From Phoronis australis (lineage: Eukaryota; Animalia; Phoronida), in contig NMRA01000248.1 in NCBI GenBank assembly GCA_002633005.1, positions 186,001-250,000 of the forward strand: 64,000 nucleotides of DNA. Reading direction: 5' to 3'. Position 1 is the first letter of the stretch. Each line of letters starts with the position of its first letter. The notes beneath the pieces were generated by a model. It made no database searches, was not told the origin of the DNA, and saw only the letters and a list, made by a program, of their open reading frames with translations. Shown in pieces: positions 40,401 to 53,192 of this stretch. The position numbers and the translations under genes were made by a program.

Positions 40401-43400
40401 CGATCACTATGTCTGCCCATCTGACAGCATCTCGACCACTGCCTGCACCTTCTTGTTACACTTAAACTCCGCCAAAGTAGCCGTCTTATTCGTAAATTAT
40501 CATGTTGGGAAACGCCCGACCACATTGCACGACCAAAACCAATGCTACGTTTCTGTTATTGCAAATTACACGACAAACTGTATTCTTACGATGGACACTA
40601 GACCGTGATACTTCATGATGTAACGCAAGTTTCCTTGTCAGTTGTCAATATGTCAAAATCAAGTGAAACACACCGGCAGTACGTGGATCCCCGACTTCAA
40701 ATGCCTATTGTTTAGGAACCAATGGAATGCGACTCTTTTAGATGTATGACCTCTTTTAGTGTATGTACGGTCAGTGTACGTTACATATTTCCCAAAAATG
40801 CTGTAGCCCAGCTAGCTCCCACAGTCTTGGTCGACATAATAAATATGAAGTATTTCTTTTCAGTCTTGTTTTACACTTTGCTTTGCAGTTAATAGAGGGC
40901 AGCACTTCTCCTCAGGGCCCCACATTCAAGACATTTATCCCGTCCTTCGTTCGCCTGGCATTCCATGACTGCGTTGGATTCTGTGACGGATGTATCAATT
41001 TCGACATACAGGACAATGCTGGTACTGTACTATAGAAAGTTTTGTTGCACATGTGATGAAAATGTAGTATTTTAGGATAGAGTACATAGTTGAGAGCCAG
41101 ACCGATCCTTTATGGGCTTATCGGGCCACACAGTGTATGGCCCTCGGAATAGCATTGTTCTCACAGTCTGTCCGTAAACCCTGGGCTGATATCACCCTCG
41201 GATTCATTCCGTATTTGTATATTATGGCACTGCATACTGTACGAGACCTTTGAAATACATTGAAGGTCTTATTTCAGGTTTGGAAGTAGGCGTAATACCT
41301 CTACAGCGCCTGTATGATAACGAGGGGTACAGAGAGATTCTCAGTGTGGCCGACCTCTGGGCCCTAGCAGGGATCACAGCAGTGGAGATGGCGGCAAGGA
41401 ACGCTGGCGGAGAGGTCCATCTACCTTTTAGGTCAGAGTATAACAGGGCTTGGAATTTTCCTCTTTTAAGAGGATTTCCTGTTTTTTGCTTTCTATTTCC
41501 CTTATTTTATTTCTTACATTTCCTTCTGTTTTCTTCTCTTTTTATCATTATTTTGAGTATATTCATGCAAACACGTTTATTTCAGCTAAACTTTGCAATA
41601 CACCATAAATTTCTTTCAGACAAGCCTATTTATTTATGAATCTATACATCACCTAGAAAATTTTCCTCTTTTTTGTCATTGGTCATTCCAAGCCCTGGTA
41701 TAAATGCAGTTTTGATCGTGATACTGCATAATCAACATGGCGCAGCAATATCAATAATTCCATGTCAGGGTTGTTGTGCAGCGCTGGTTTTAAGAGAATA
41801 AGCCGAGTTCACCGAAGTATCCTCAATACCCTGACCTCGCCAGTGACAAGCAATATGTTACAAAATGGGTCCCTCTAGAGCAGTTGGTCGGCGAGGTAAG
41901 AATGGAAGAAAATCCTGAGTTTGAGCAAAGATTTCTCGTTGCGGTTGTCTCGCTAGTGTCGTGGTTTTGGAACGGCACACCTAGGCTTCGTCCAGAAGAC
42001 ACAAGAGGAGAAACCTTCGCTTGTGTAACGAAAATGGAAACGGTGAATTCTATCACGTAATCAACTAACACTAATTTGATTGCAATAAAATTTTTCGTTT
42101 CTGCTACACCGCAGGTGGGGACGAAAGGACTGCAGCACACCTCCGTTCACTAAACGGCCTAACGTCCTCCCGAACGCTGATCTTGGCTGGCAAGGCACTC
42201 GACAGTTTTTCACAGAGGAGTTTGGATTCAAGCCAAGGGAAATGGTCGCCGCGTTGGGGGCGCATACTCTCGGTAAAGTAAGTGATACGCCCCCTCCCAT
42301 TTTAGGCGAATTGCCCAGTTGGCATTTAGACATTTCTCCATAACCTGTTGTATGTTTGTTATCATTGAAGTTGGCAAATGTCTTTGATTTTCGTCTCCGT
42401 GATGTTTATGGACTCCAAGGCCTATCTCTTACTGGTTTGGTGTCCGACTTCGTAACTGTAACGACACATGTGCATTTAGTGGCGGTAAATATATCTATCT
42501 TAGATGTGTTTTAAAGCAAGATGTTGGTGTAGAGTTTGCACCGTGTCACCTTTGTTAACATCATTTTGTGGTTCTGGCTGTGTGCCCATGTTGAATTCTT
42601 AAACGAAGCGCTTTGGGGTATGAAACCATTGTCACTCTTATCCAGTCTTGAATTGTCGACGAATGAGCTGGCGATTCAAGACCCGGCTCCAAGCAGGCAC
42701 GCCCCACTTTCACACTCCGATCAATGTTAAAGCGGCTTGGAACGCGAAAGCATACACAATGACATTATTTAAAGTGGTTCGCTGCCTCTGAAACAGAATT
42801 CAACGTATTCACCAACGAGTTTTACGGTTTGCTGCAAAAGGTTTTGTTTCCTGTTGATGTCAAAGCATTTTTCTTTTAGTTTTAACTTTAAAAACCATTT
42901 ATCATCTGCTCGTCACTTCGTTGATTTTTCTCCCACAAGGCAAACCACGTCTCCTTATATTTGCAATTCGAGATATACACGTAGCACATTTCCCTTTACA
43001 TATTATGGTAAACGTGACCCTTGACTTTTGATGTAAACAAAACAATTGCGACATCAAGCAGCAGCCCGATTACGAGGCAATTGTCGTTTAAAATTATTTC
43101 CAAAGGTATCGTAGTGTTCTGATGTATTTTAAATTGCACTAGGAATTCTCTTGCTTCACTAGCTTGCCTCATACTGTGACGTCGACGTCAGATTCCGAGG
43201 TTTATCACACGATTTAGCTGCCCTTAATATCCTTCTTGTCAGTCAGCTGTTTATTGAATGACCGCTAGTGTATGTGGGCATTTACCGTAAGTGAAAAAAT
43301 TAGGGACTCTGTGGTAACTTTAGAGTTTTTCCTTCCCGCGTGTTTCAAAAATCGTGGATTTTATGCTTTTTTTGGAATTTCCCTCTCGGGATAAAGCGAA

Positions 43401-46400
43401 TAACTCTGATAGTAGATGTTGCGAGGAATTGTTTGAACGATATTTTTGACAAGCGTTCTCTTTCCATGCCTCTTTAAGATATATCAATCCCAATGAACTT
43501 TGAAGAGGTTCCTTGAGTCGCTGTTGGTTTTGATGTTCTTGTTGACAACATGAATAAAGTCCTATTATGTCGAGGAAATTTTAGACCAATTTATGAAAGT
43601 AAAATGCCTAATTCGATTTATTTTCATTTTTAGCTAGTTAGAAGGGCAAAATGCAGTTTTAAAGCGGATGTAAACTCTTGTTCCGTCCAAGAAGAGAGTT
43701 TTTTATTTAGATCATTTACCGCTACAAAAATTCACTTCAACTTGGATAGGAAGTCAGATTTTCGGATTTGCATAACTTGACAGTTCGTTATTTCTGAAAT
43801 TCGTGCTCGTCACATAAAGTTAATCGCAGTGACAAGCCAAGTTCTAGAGTCTGATATCAAACAATAACGAAACCCTGAAATCAGTTTGAGATTTAAGTTC
43901 ATAAGGAGGTGAAGTGGTCTAAACACATTTTGTATCGGAACTTGATGCTCGACAGTCGAATTCCTTCAACAGACAGTTCATCTGTCAAGTATGTTGCATA
44001 TCTGAAACAATTCTTTAAAGAACCGCCCTTTTATCAATCAAGTAATTCAACCCATATTGGTTCAGAAATTTCATTCACCTCACGTATTGCGTGTGTACGC
44101 AGAGCTTTTTCTAACCACGAGAAGTAATCCATTCACGTAATTAATTTGTCCTTTTGCAGGCTTCTATGGCCAATTCGGGCTTCACGGGAGCGTGGGTACC
44201 GAAACAGGACCAGCTGACCAATAGATATTACGTGGACATGCTGAATGTCACTCTGCAGTGGCATCAGATTGACGTCAATGCCAACTACAGCCGCAGAAAG
44301 CCAAAGTATGAAAAATTAGCATACTGTCCAAGTAGAGCAAGTTCCTTGCGAGAAAAGTAAAAACCTCATAAAACCCAGCGAATCACACAAATGAAGGCCG
44401 AGGATTTTGCGGAGCATGCTCGCGTGTGCTAGTGGTGGCCTCAACTGAAATAATCGGTCAGTTACGAATAACGAATTACATGATAGAATTTCCCGTTTTC
44501 GTTACGTAAGCGAAGATTTTTCACCGCAATATCTCGCAAGTGTCTTGCGCACACGCTTGTTAAACACGTGCGACATTGTTGCGCGCTTCCCTTGAAGCGC
44601 CAAAATGGTTTCTAGAACATCAAATCCAGTCTTAAATGGCGGCCATGTATTATCTGAATTGTAGTACTAAGGCGGTGTTTGAAAAAAGTACCTGTGTTCT
44701 CACATGAAATGTTTCCAGTCGCGTAGACAGGTAAAATCAAGTAAAAGAATGTTTTCCAAGAGTTTTTGCACTGGTTGTTTTGATTTCATTATTTCAGTTT
44801 AGCTGGCTTTAACTTAAGACCAGAACTCAGTAAAGAATTTGGTGTTGTGTTACTTCTCATTTCCTGACTCATTCGTAATTTGGTCAATTTCGTCATTTCA
44901 TTTATCACACAAGGTGGCAGTGGGAGCGGCCTGGTATTCCAAGACCTTTTATGATGATGAACTCGGACATGTCCATTTCAAGGAAAATTTCTGTGAGTAC
45001 AAAACTACATGTATATTTTGTTTTGTTATTAATATCGATAGAACTAACCCGGCTGTAATGCCAACTCCCGCACGTTACCTATGTACATGTATTCTATTTA
45101 GAGCTTGTGACCGAGACTAGCCGCGAGAGTTCGCGCGAAGACTTTAGGGTTGTCTGCTCAACTGAGTTTTGCTCGCGAATTTTAGTTATCAAGTCCAGGC
45201 TAATTTTGTTGCTTCATCAAGCGATAATTTTGAGGTACGGCTCCATACAATCAGCGATTTCTCGGCAAAATTAGCCAACAAACCCGGCCATTACACTGAT
45301 CATTCTTTATAAGCATCTTTGGCCCTTGTTGGGTGTAATACCGGGAGTAGTTCGGTCTCATGAGATCTTTTCAACTTCAGTAGAACCACTTTCGACAACC
45401 TATCATACTACATGTACATGCCAGGACTTTTTTAGCAAGACTTTTTTGAGTGCTAAAATCATGTAACAACGTTTTACGGAAAGAAGTGACATTGTGATTT
45501 CTGATTGTTTATTCTGCAATTATAAATGAAACGTGTTTAAGTAACTTTCAAAAAATTACTCACAATTGCTTTAGCTAAGTGTGTGTGTATTATTACTGTT
45601 TTCAATCCCTGTTTCTATATTGCCAGCTTCCCAGATGCCCTTTTTTCTCAGTTCGATAACTAAGAAGTAGGCCTGGACTGTACAGTGTACTTGTCCCGCT
45701 CCTGGCGGACTGTCCCACTTCTTTTACTTTTTTCCGTCATCCCCCAAAGCATCTAAATGTCCCGCTTTTTTACACAAGGCCACATTGACATGTTATCATT
45801 GCAATTTCCCACGCCTAGTCATATTTTCCCGCTCCACTGAACAGAAAAAACAGCACGTTTCGTGGGATTTTTGCGGCACCGCATTCAACTACAAAAAACA
45901 ACAAAAAGGCTGTTGTGCATTTCCCGTTCGACTAAAAACGCTGTCAGCGCGTCTTTATGTGTCTCAGCGCAAAATAATTTTGGAACAACTTAAAATGTTC
46001 AGGCGATACACACCGGTGGCCTGGTAATCGCCGCGTTCATGTCTTTCAAATTGCGACTTGCACTTTGAGGCTGTATATTTCAAAAAATTGTGGCCCCCTT
46101 GTCGTGATTTGTTGCAGTAGATCCGCCACTATGTCAACATGGCTGCAGAGATGCGCATTCATTAAAGGACCATGGTCAAGTCCATTGTAATTATGGTCAG
46201 CGCATTTCTGTTTTATTTTCATCAACGTCATCAGTGTAAGTGAACTAAAAGCACGTTTCGTTCTTGCTGCGTTCTGATAAACACTGATTCAGTTGCATTT
46301 TCTTTTGTGTTTTCCAGCTGGATTCCAGTGGTTTCTGCACCAACTGTGACGTCGTGTTTGACTGTCCGAAACAAACAGAGACAATAGCTTACGTCAAAGA

Positions 46401-46677
46401 ATACGCCGAAGACTTTGAAAAGTGGCTTAAAGACTTTCAACGAGTGTTCATTAAAATAATTGAGCACGTCAAGTATGATCTACAAGAACCTCTCGAGGAT
46501 GATGAGGACTCTACTGCTAAGTTTGGTGTAGATGGTCATCAAAACAGCATCGCTTCCCAACTTGAAAAAGAGTCCTTGCCATTGCGCTATAGCAGTCTGT
46601 TTAATGTTATCGATAAAGCAAGAAAGAAGGGCCTGTCACAGCCATCTACACGTCAGGATATCCACGGAAAACTTTAG
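37494..46677 (+). CDS. Secreted non-animal-type haem peroxidase (peroxidase-catalase superfamily; ascorbate-peroxidase-like, ~381 aa)
   Basis: Exons 37494-37604 (signal MMLRSVFVLALWFCFTQS), 40889-41021, 41278-41431, 42115-42277, 44160-44305, 44914-44992 and 46318-46677 are all GT-AG and in frame. Motifs are distal VRLAFHDC, CDGCIN, SVADLWALAG, WGRKDC, proximal LGAHTLG, SGFTGAW, MNSD and EYAED...WLKDF. Confidence 0.92.
39195..39363. mobile_element. MITE (CAGTGGC(A/G)GATC...GGATCCGCCTCTG) in peroxidase intron 1
   Basis: Imperfect terminal inverted repeats cagtggcagatc / gatccgcctctg with an internal gggggg...cccccc hairpin. Confidence 0.55.
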
Positions 46678-47317
46678 CACGTTCACTTTTAACGAGTAAT
46701 TTAGTTCAATGAACCCATTTCTAACACGATTAGTAACACTACTGTAGTAGCTTGCCTTCCTTCAAATGCATTTTTATAATATAGACGCCCTTAGCGTTAT
46801 GAATGTGGCCTTGCAACTCTCTTGTTGGACCTTTGAAGATGTAACACTTTGCGGTGATTAGTGCCCGGGTATTAATCTCAACAATCGGTTCCCCACTCAA
46901 AATTGGCTAAAACTGTCATGGCTGGGCGGGTTCGAGTAAAGTTATACATGTTTTCTAGAATCAAGCGACATGATTCGTTAAGTTTTGTGTTTAAGTCCAG
47001 TCCGAGTTCCAAGATTAGACCATGGTTCCGGGGAAAGAAGTTGGCATGGCGCATGATGTCAAGTAGGAACAGCTGTTAGTTCTTGCTAATCCCACGCCGA
47101 AGAAAGGAGCAATCAGTTTTGTATAGTATAACTTGTACAAGTCAAAAGTTAGTTCTTTTACCGGAAGGCAGGTAACAACACCTTTAGTGTCGGTACCAAA
47201 ACGATTTAGAATGTTTTTACGAAAGAAAAATGCGTAATTGAGGTTAAGCCCGAAAAGCACTACAAAGCATGATAGTTATATTTGCACGTGCCAAAACCAT
47301 GGCAATAACCGATCGGA

Positions 47318-47900
47318 ACTACTACCACTACCACCACTACAACAACAACTACTACTACTTCTACTGCTAATACTACAAGTACCACTGCTATTACTACTAC
47401 TGCTACTGCTAGTACTACTAATACCATTAATATTACTACTACTACGACTACTACTACTACTACTACTGCTACTGCTAATACTACTAATACCATTACTATT
47501 ACTATTACTACTACTACGACTTCTACTACTACTGCTACTGCTAACACTACTAATACCATTACTATTACTATTACTGCAACTACGACTTCTACTGCTACTG
47601 CTACTGCTAATACTTCTAATACCATTACTATTACTACTACTACGACTTCTACTGCTACTGCTACAGCTAATACTACTAGTACCAGTACTATTACTACTAC
47701 TGCTAATACTACTAATACCACTACTATTACTACTACTACCACTTCTATTGCTACTGCTACTGCTAATACTGCTAGTACCAGACTACTACTGCGACTGCTA
47801 CTGCTACTACTACTACTCCAAATACTCCATTATGACTGGTAGTGCTACTACCACTCCTACTACTAGTAGTAAGACTGGTAGTAGTACTCAGAACTAGTAG
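47318..47900. repeat. (ACT)n-derived degenerate microsatellite with a ~60-66 bp higher-order unit
   Basis: The unit actgctactgctaatactactaataccattactattact...acgacttct repeats about five times. It explains the poly-Leu and poly-Val ORFs. Confidence 0.9.
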
Positions 47901-48319
47901 TGATGTGTGGATTGCATGCACCATACTTCATGACTTAAGGTTCTACAGAAAATCGATAACAACTCTAAGAAATTTTACAACAATCGTAAGAAGGTCCCTA
48001 CTGTGTTTGCCATACAGGTAATGATCAGCTGTTTCAAGGCAATATTACAAATCAAGTTTTCTATTAGACTTCATAAAAACATGTGTGGATGGACTGGATG
48101 GGCCACTGTCCCAACTAATTTTCAAAACAACTTGGCATAAACACCAATAATCTGTTAATTAAGTAAAGTAATAATTCCAATAATACTATCAAACCAACAC
48201 ACTAAGTAAAATATGTCATGAATATAACACGGATTGCGTGATAATGGGTCGAGATTTGGGTCGAGAGACAAGTTGATGCCCGTTTACTAGTCGCTTCGCC
48301 CGCAACTATTATTATTTTC

Positions 48320-48800
48320 AATTGTGATTATTGTTAGTGGTAGTTGTATTAGTAGTGTTATTAGCAGTGGTGTTACTGGTTGGTAGGGGTGATATGGTAA
48401 TAACAGTAGCAGCAGTGGTCGTAGCAGTAGCCGTGGTCGTAGCAGTAACAGTAGTACTGCGGAAGAAGTAGTAATAGTAGTAGTATAGCAGTCGTAGTCG
48501 TAGTCGTAGAGTTAATGAAAGTGAGAGTAGCAGTTGTAGCAACAGTATCGGGGCAGTAGCAGTAGCCACCAGCTCGAGCTGCATAAGCCGAAGTAGTAGC
48601 AATAGCAGTAGGCCAAGTGGCAATATCCTACTTGGAGTACGGGTAAAAGCATTCATGATTTGGCTTCATTGTAATTGTTGTTGTGGTATAGTAGTAGAAG
48701 TCGCAATGGATTGTAGTGTTCTGAATTATTTAGTAATAACAAAAAACATCGCTATCATGATAACCATGGTAACAGCAGTGGAAGTCGTAGATGTAGATAC
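48320..48800. repeat. Degenerate (TAG/GTA)n low-complexity tract
   Basis: Runs of gtagcagtag/gtagtag, in the opposite orientation to the 47318-47900 tract. Confidence 0.75.
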
Positions 48801-49698
48801 TACTGGGAAGGGGAAACTGATGGCAAGGATCGAAGTTGACCGTTTATAGCATTTCGGCTGGAGACAGGGTTAAAATATTACCAGATACATACATCATATT
48901 CGCAATTTTATGGTTGATGTTGAATTTTATGAAAATCAACACGTATTAAGTTTAGAATAAAATAGTCGTTCAGTAAACTAAGCCTTTTTAGACAAAGCTA
49001 TGTGTCGGTTGTTAGAGCCTATTCGCCAACTGAATCGTAATAAGTTGCTGACGCCCGTAACAATCGCTCCAAGGGACATTATCGGCGAGAAGAGTGGTTT
49101 TCTGAGAACAGTTAGCTTTATTGTATAACCTAACCATCAATCCTTGAGAGTCTAACCTTCTGCTGGCGACCGTGCGAAATCCTATATTAACTGGTATAGT
49201 CACTGGCTCTGAGTTTAGCAAAAAAACTGGGTGGCGAGATTTGGCAACATGTAATAAAACCAAAAAAACATAGGATTTTGTCACTCTTCACCAAGCTTGC
49301 AACTTCACTAGGAAATCGATTCCATCCAACAATAATACCAACAAATGCGTATTCGGACGTAAAACCCTTATTGTTGCTTTAACGAGAAATCTGTGCGACC
49401 AATTTTTATTTGAAAGCATGAAACCCCTTGATTTGTCAGCCTGGTAGTGCCACTGAAGCATATTTCAAATCTTATTCGCAAAAATTGACTGTTATTACAA
49501 TAGTTTACATATGTCTGACAAAATACCTTATACTCGATCATTTTCGAGGAACTTCAAATACGAAATGCATATCGTGTAGCGGGAAAAATATGTAACAGAA
49601 ACGCCCTCAAGAGCGTGGAAATTTGTTTACTACTTGTCCTAGGTTAAAGGTTGGGCTGTCAATGAAATTAATCTCCCGCCAGAGGCATAGAGCAGGCG

Positions 49699-49846
49699 TG
49701 CGTTCAGAAACGCTAGGACCTACCGCTAAGACCTAGCTAAAATCTAGCTAAAGTCACGTGTTCTCATTTAAAATACACGGCAATATCTCGCGTAATCTCG
49801 CGAAGATTTGCTTTTTAGCGAGACCCTAGCGTTACTGTATACGTAC
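49699..49846. mobile_element. Short MITE-like element
   Basis: Imperfect TIR gcgttcagaaacgctagg / cctagcgttactgtatacg. The internal block ctagctaaagtcacgt also occurs at ~30792. Confidence 0.4.
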
Positions 49847-50512
49847 AGGGTGTATACCCTCAGTGCTTTCATTCACCGATAGAGTCGCCAAAATATTGAG
49901 TCAACCAGGTGCACATAGATGGCCGCCGAAAACGAAGAGAAACGTAGTCCTGATATTTTGGGAGAGCGGTGACTTTGTGTTCACGAACACAGCAAGGGAG
50001 ATAAATCCTCAACCAAATTCATTCAGAAAAAATACCTTACGTTTTGCAAGTCAATTTGACATAGAAACAAAATTAAATCAGTAATTGAGAATACCTTTCA
50101 GCTTTTTGTTGTGAATTGTGACGTTTTCGTCTAAATAGGGTCTTATTACAATCGACCAAGGGGTTAGTTAGTCTGCTATGACGTTATCTTTTTTAAAAAT
50201 AAAATTATGACTTAAAATGTGTTGACATAATTATAATACTAATAATTCTAATAATAATGTCACATAAAAATAAAAATTTTAGACTCTTTGATCTTTTTTC
50301 TTCCAGAAAATATATACTTTTACTAGTTGACGTAGCCTAGTTTTTGATATAAGAGTTAGAACGATAGTCACTAAATAGGGCTTGGGACAGATTGTAGACT
50401 GAGTTGGGTAGCTTCCGTGATTGATTGCGTGCCCTGCTGCCGAGAGTCTTTGAGAAGTTAAATTGTTAAGCCATCTGGCAGCCCATACCCTATCATGCTC
50501 TGATAATATTAA

Positions 50513-52073
50513 AGGAGAATGCCACCCGATTCAATTAGGCTTTTTTACCGTCTTCTCGAATTCCCGGCGTGGTGGACCTTTTTGCTAACAAAAGAGCGTG
50601 TGGACCGAAAAAAAAACGGGAGCACCACTNCCCCCCCCCCCCGGGTGTGCGCATGATTCCGGTTCGAACTGATAGCCTGTGAAACTTAACGTTCCACCTG
50701 CAAAGTCTTCGTCGGATAAACTCTTGTCTGAGTCGGGATTACGAGTTGCCATGTTGACGTTTATTACAGAGCTTCTGTTTCAAAATGAGTTATTCTCACC
50801 CTAACCAATGCTTATATAAAGGCTGAAACAAAGTCTGTCTCATTAGATACAATTTTTAATGCCTTTGCAGTATTCGTGAATGCAAATGAGAAGCCAGCAA
50901 TGAATAAATCACCGCGTTACCGGCTTTAGGTGCAATAAAACTAATTTACCGGACACCGAGGCCGGGTGAGCTCATGCTAATTCAGTATTTTCTGACAGAA
51001 ACTGTTGTGGAACAATAACTCGATTTCTATCCCACGGAAAGGTGTTAGGGGAATCTTTATTTACATTTACATTACTCAAATAATGATTGTCAATGTACGG
51101 TGGTTGTGAAAGGACGGCACGGCAACTATTTTTCTCCGTTGCTAACTCTATCAATAAACTTTTTAACTCTATCTTACTTAGTAAGTCTACCGATAGAGAT
51201 ACTAAGTCTATCGATAGAGTTAGTGAGACTATCGATAGAGTTAGCAACGGAGAAAAATTGTTGCCGTGCCGTCCTTTTACAGCCACCGTATCAATGTCCA
51301 ATTTCTGCCCTGACGATTCGGTGGTCAAAGCGGGACCTGAATTCGCGGCCCCCGACGAGTAAGTAGATTTCAGTTGTAGTTTCGTGGATGATTCACCAAC
51401 ATAATCACGTGCACATTACTTCTTTGGCTCACTAGTATATTTTCTTAACTGGAAGTTTAGTTTCCAACTTTGGCTGGTTTATGTCCGCGATGTCTTCAGT
51501 CTGGCCGCGAACGGGCCTGATCACTGAGGTTCCGAGCCACTGGCCGGGATAACGAGTCAGTGCGGCCGCGACGGGTTCCGAGCCATTTTCCGGGATAACA
51601 AGCGTTTTGTGTGTTTAGAACTCAAAAAATCACACAAGTCTAAACAACACAGATCTAGGTTTTCCTGTCTGTATCTCACGTAAAAATACGTCGAATTTAT
51701 CTCCGAAAACTGACCCCAACTACCTGCCGAACTTTGTAAGTTACAGTATGTACAAATACATGTACCAATAAATCCGTAACAGAGAAATAAAACACGTTTT
51801 TATAAGAACTCGGTCTATTTTTAACGGTTGTACATCGAAGTTTAATGATTTATTGGTGTTAAACCAAGAATTCAAGCGATAAGCTAACACCAGTAACCCG
51901 TGTTGTGAACTGCTGAACATACTGCGCGTGAAACCAATTACGTCATGGGATAATTTCAACACCTCCGTCTGTCGTCAGGTGTCAGGTAACGCAACCGTAC
52001 GTGCCGTTATTGAGTATAACTACTCAATCTAAATTGGTACAAATTACGTTGTTTTTTTGGGTAGCATGCTCCT
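50513..52073. mobile_element. Non-autonomous Kolobok-type element with perfect TTAA target-site duplication, carrying nested MITEs
   Basis: TTAA|AGGAGAATGCCACCC ... GGGTAGCATGCTCCT|TTAA, a 15 bp TIR with 2 mismatches. Confidence 0.65.
51098..51288. mobile_element. TA-flanked MITE with long TIRs and internal ~21 bp ctatcgatagag repeats
   Basis: TA|CGGTGGTTGTGAAAGGACGGCACGGCAAC...GTTGCCGTGCCGTCCTTTTACAGCCACCG|TA, with more than 55 bp of inverted match. Confidence 0.8.
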
Positions 52074-53101
52074 TTAATTCAACGTTTTTCGTAACTGCGG
52101 TTTGAATCGCTGTTTGTGTTTTCAACTGAGAAAACTTCGCCGTCTGCAGCAGAAGTAGTCGCGGTTTTCACCACAGCATTGGCGTCACCCAAAGTAATTG
52201 TAACACCTACTAATTTAGCTGACTTAATAAGTTGATAGCCTGGTCTGAGCGGCTAGGCGGACAGCGAAATACAACGTGCAGTGTTCCTTTGGATTGTCTG
52301 AAGTCGGTGCTTCGCGATCGTCTGTGAAATATTTTGCAATTTTAAGTCCATTGCACACGCACTTCCCTGTCAACTAATTGCTAGAGGCTGCCAGAGCACA
52401 GAATTTCGCTATTCCCACCCAAAATACTTATAATCCACATCTCGCACCATATAAATTTTTGCGTCGCATGTACATATTTCTTTGCTCGTGCACAGGCTTG
52501 TGAGTAAAAAGTGTTGAATACAAATACACTGCCAAAACTGCGATTTACAAAAAGATTAACGGCGTTCCGATTCCCTGAATTGCATCGGACATGGACAGAC
52601 CACAAAAGGTTGCGATAGTCTGCAGCCGTGTAGGCCACGTTCACCTGTTTTGCATTAACGTCTTACGTCTGTTTATTTTTTTAGTAAGTTATTTGAATAT
52701 CATAAAATCAAACAAAAGTTGTCTTTTTCGCATGCTGTTTCATTGAAAAAACTATCGATATTTTTATCAATACCTGTTAATGGATTACGACATGCGAAGA
52801 CAACCAACGTGTATTGTTGAGAAAATTCTAGCATATGAATGAAGGCCTTGGTTTTTTTCGTTCTGCCGATTAAAGTCTGTGTGGTGGGATTACATTCGAA
52901 TCAAATACCACTGTACATTGTCAGGAATGTGTTTACAACGCTCAGTAAAGTTTAGTCGCCTTGAAGATGTGTGACGTAAACATCTTAGTCCTGTTTCTCT
53001 TGGATGAAGTCCAAAATGTGCCAAACCTATATAATTGGATTGCTTTTGCACACCATAAAGTTTCCTTAACACGTGATCTGATTTTACTTCCTGGATGGGA
53101 G

Positions 53102-53141
53102 CCAATAGACTTCAACTTCCTCGTTTGCCTGTCAATATATA
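53102..53141 (+). promoter_or_regulatory. CCAAT and TATA-like elements upstream of the NlpC/P60-like gene
   Basis: CCAAT at 53102 and TATATA at 53136-53141, ~55 bp before the ATG at 53193. Confidence 0.4.
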
Positions 53142-53192
53142 TGGACCCCTGATTCAGAATTATAATGGACAAACCAGTATTTGGAACCAACA

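Noticed and set aside
47238-47897. 219 aa poly-Leu ORF and antisense poly-Val ORF
   Set aside because: They are artefacts of the (ACT)n repeat.
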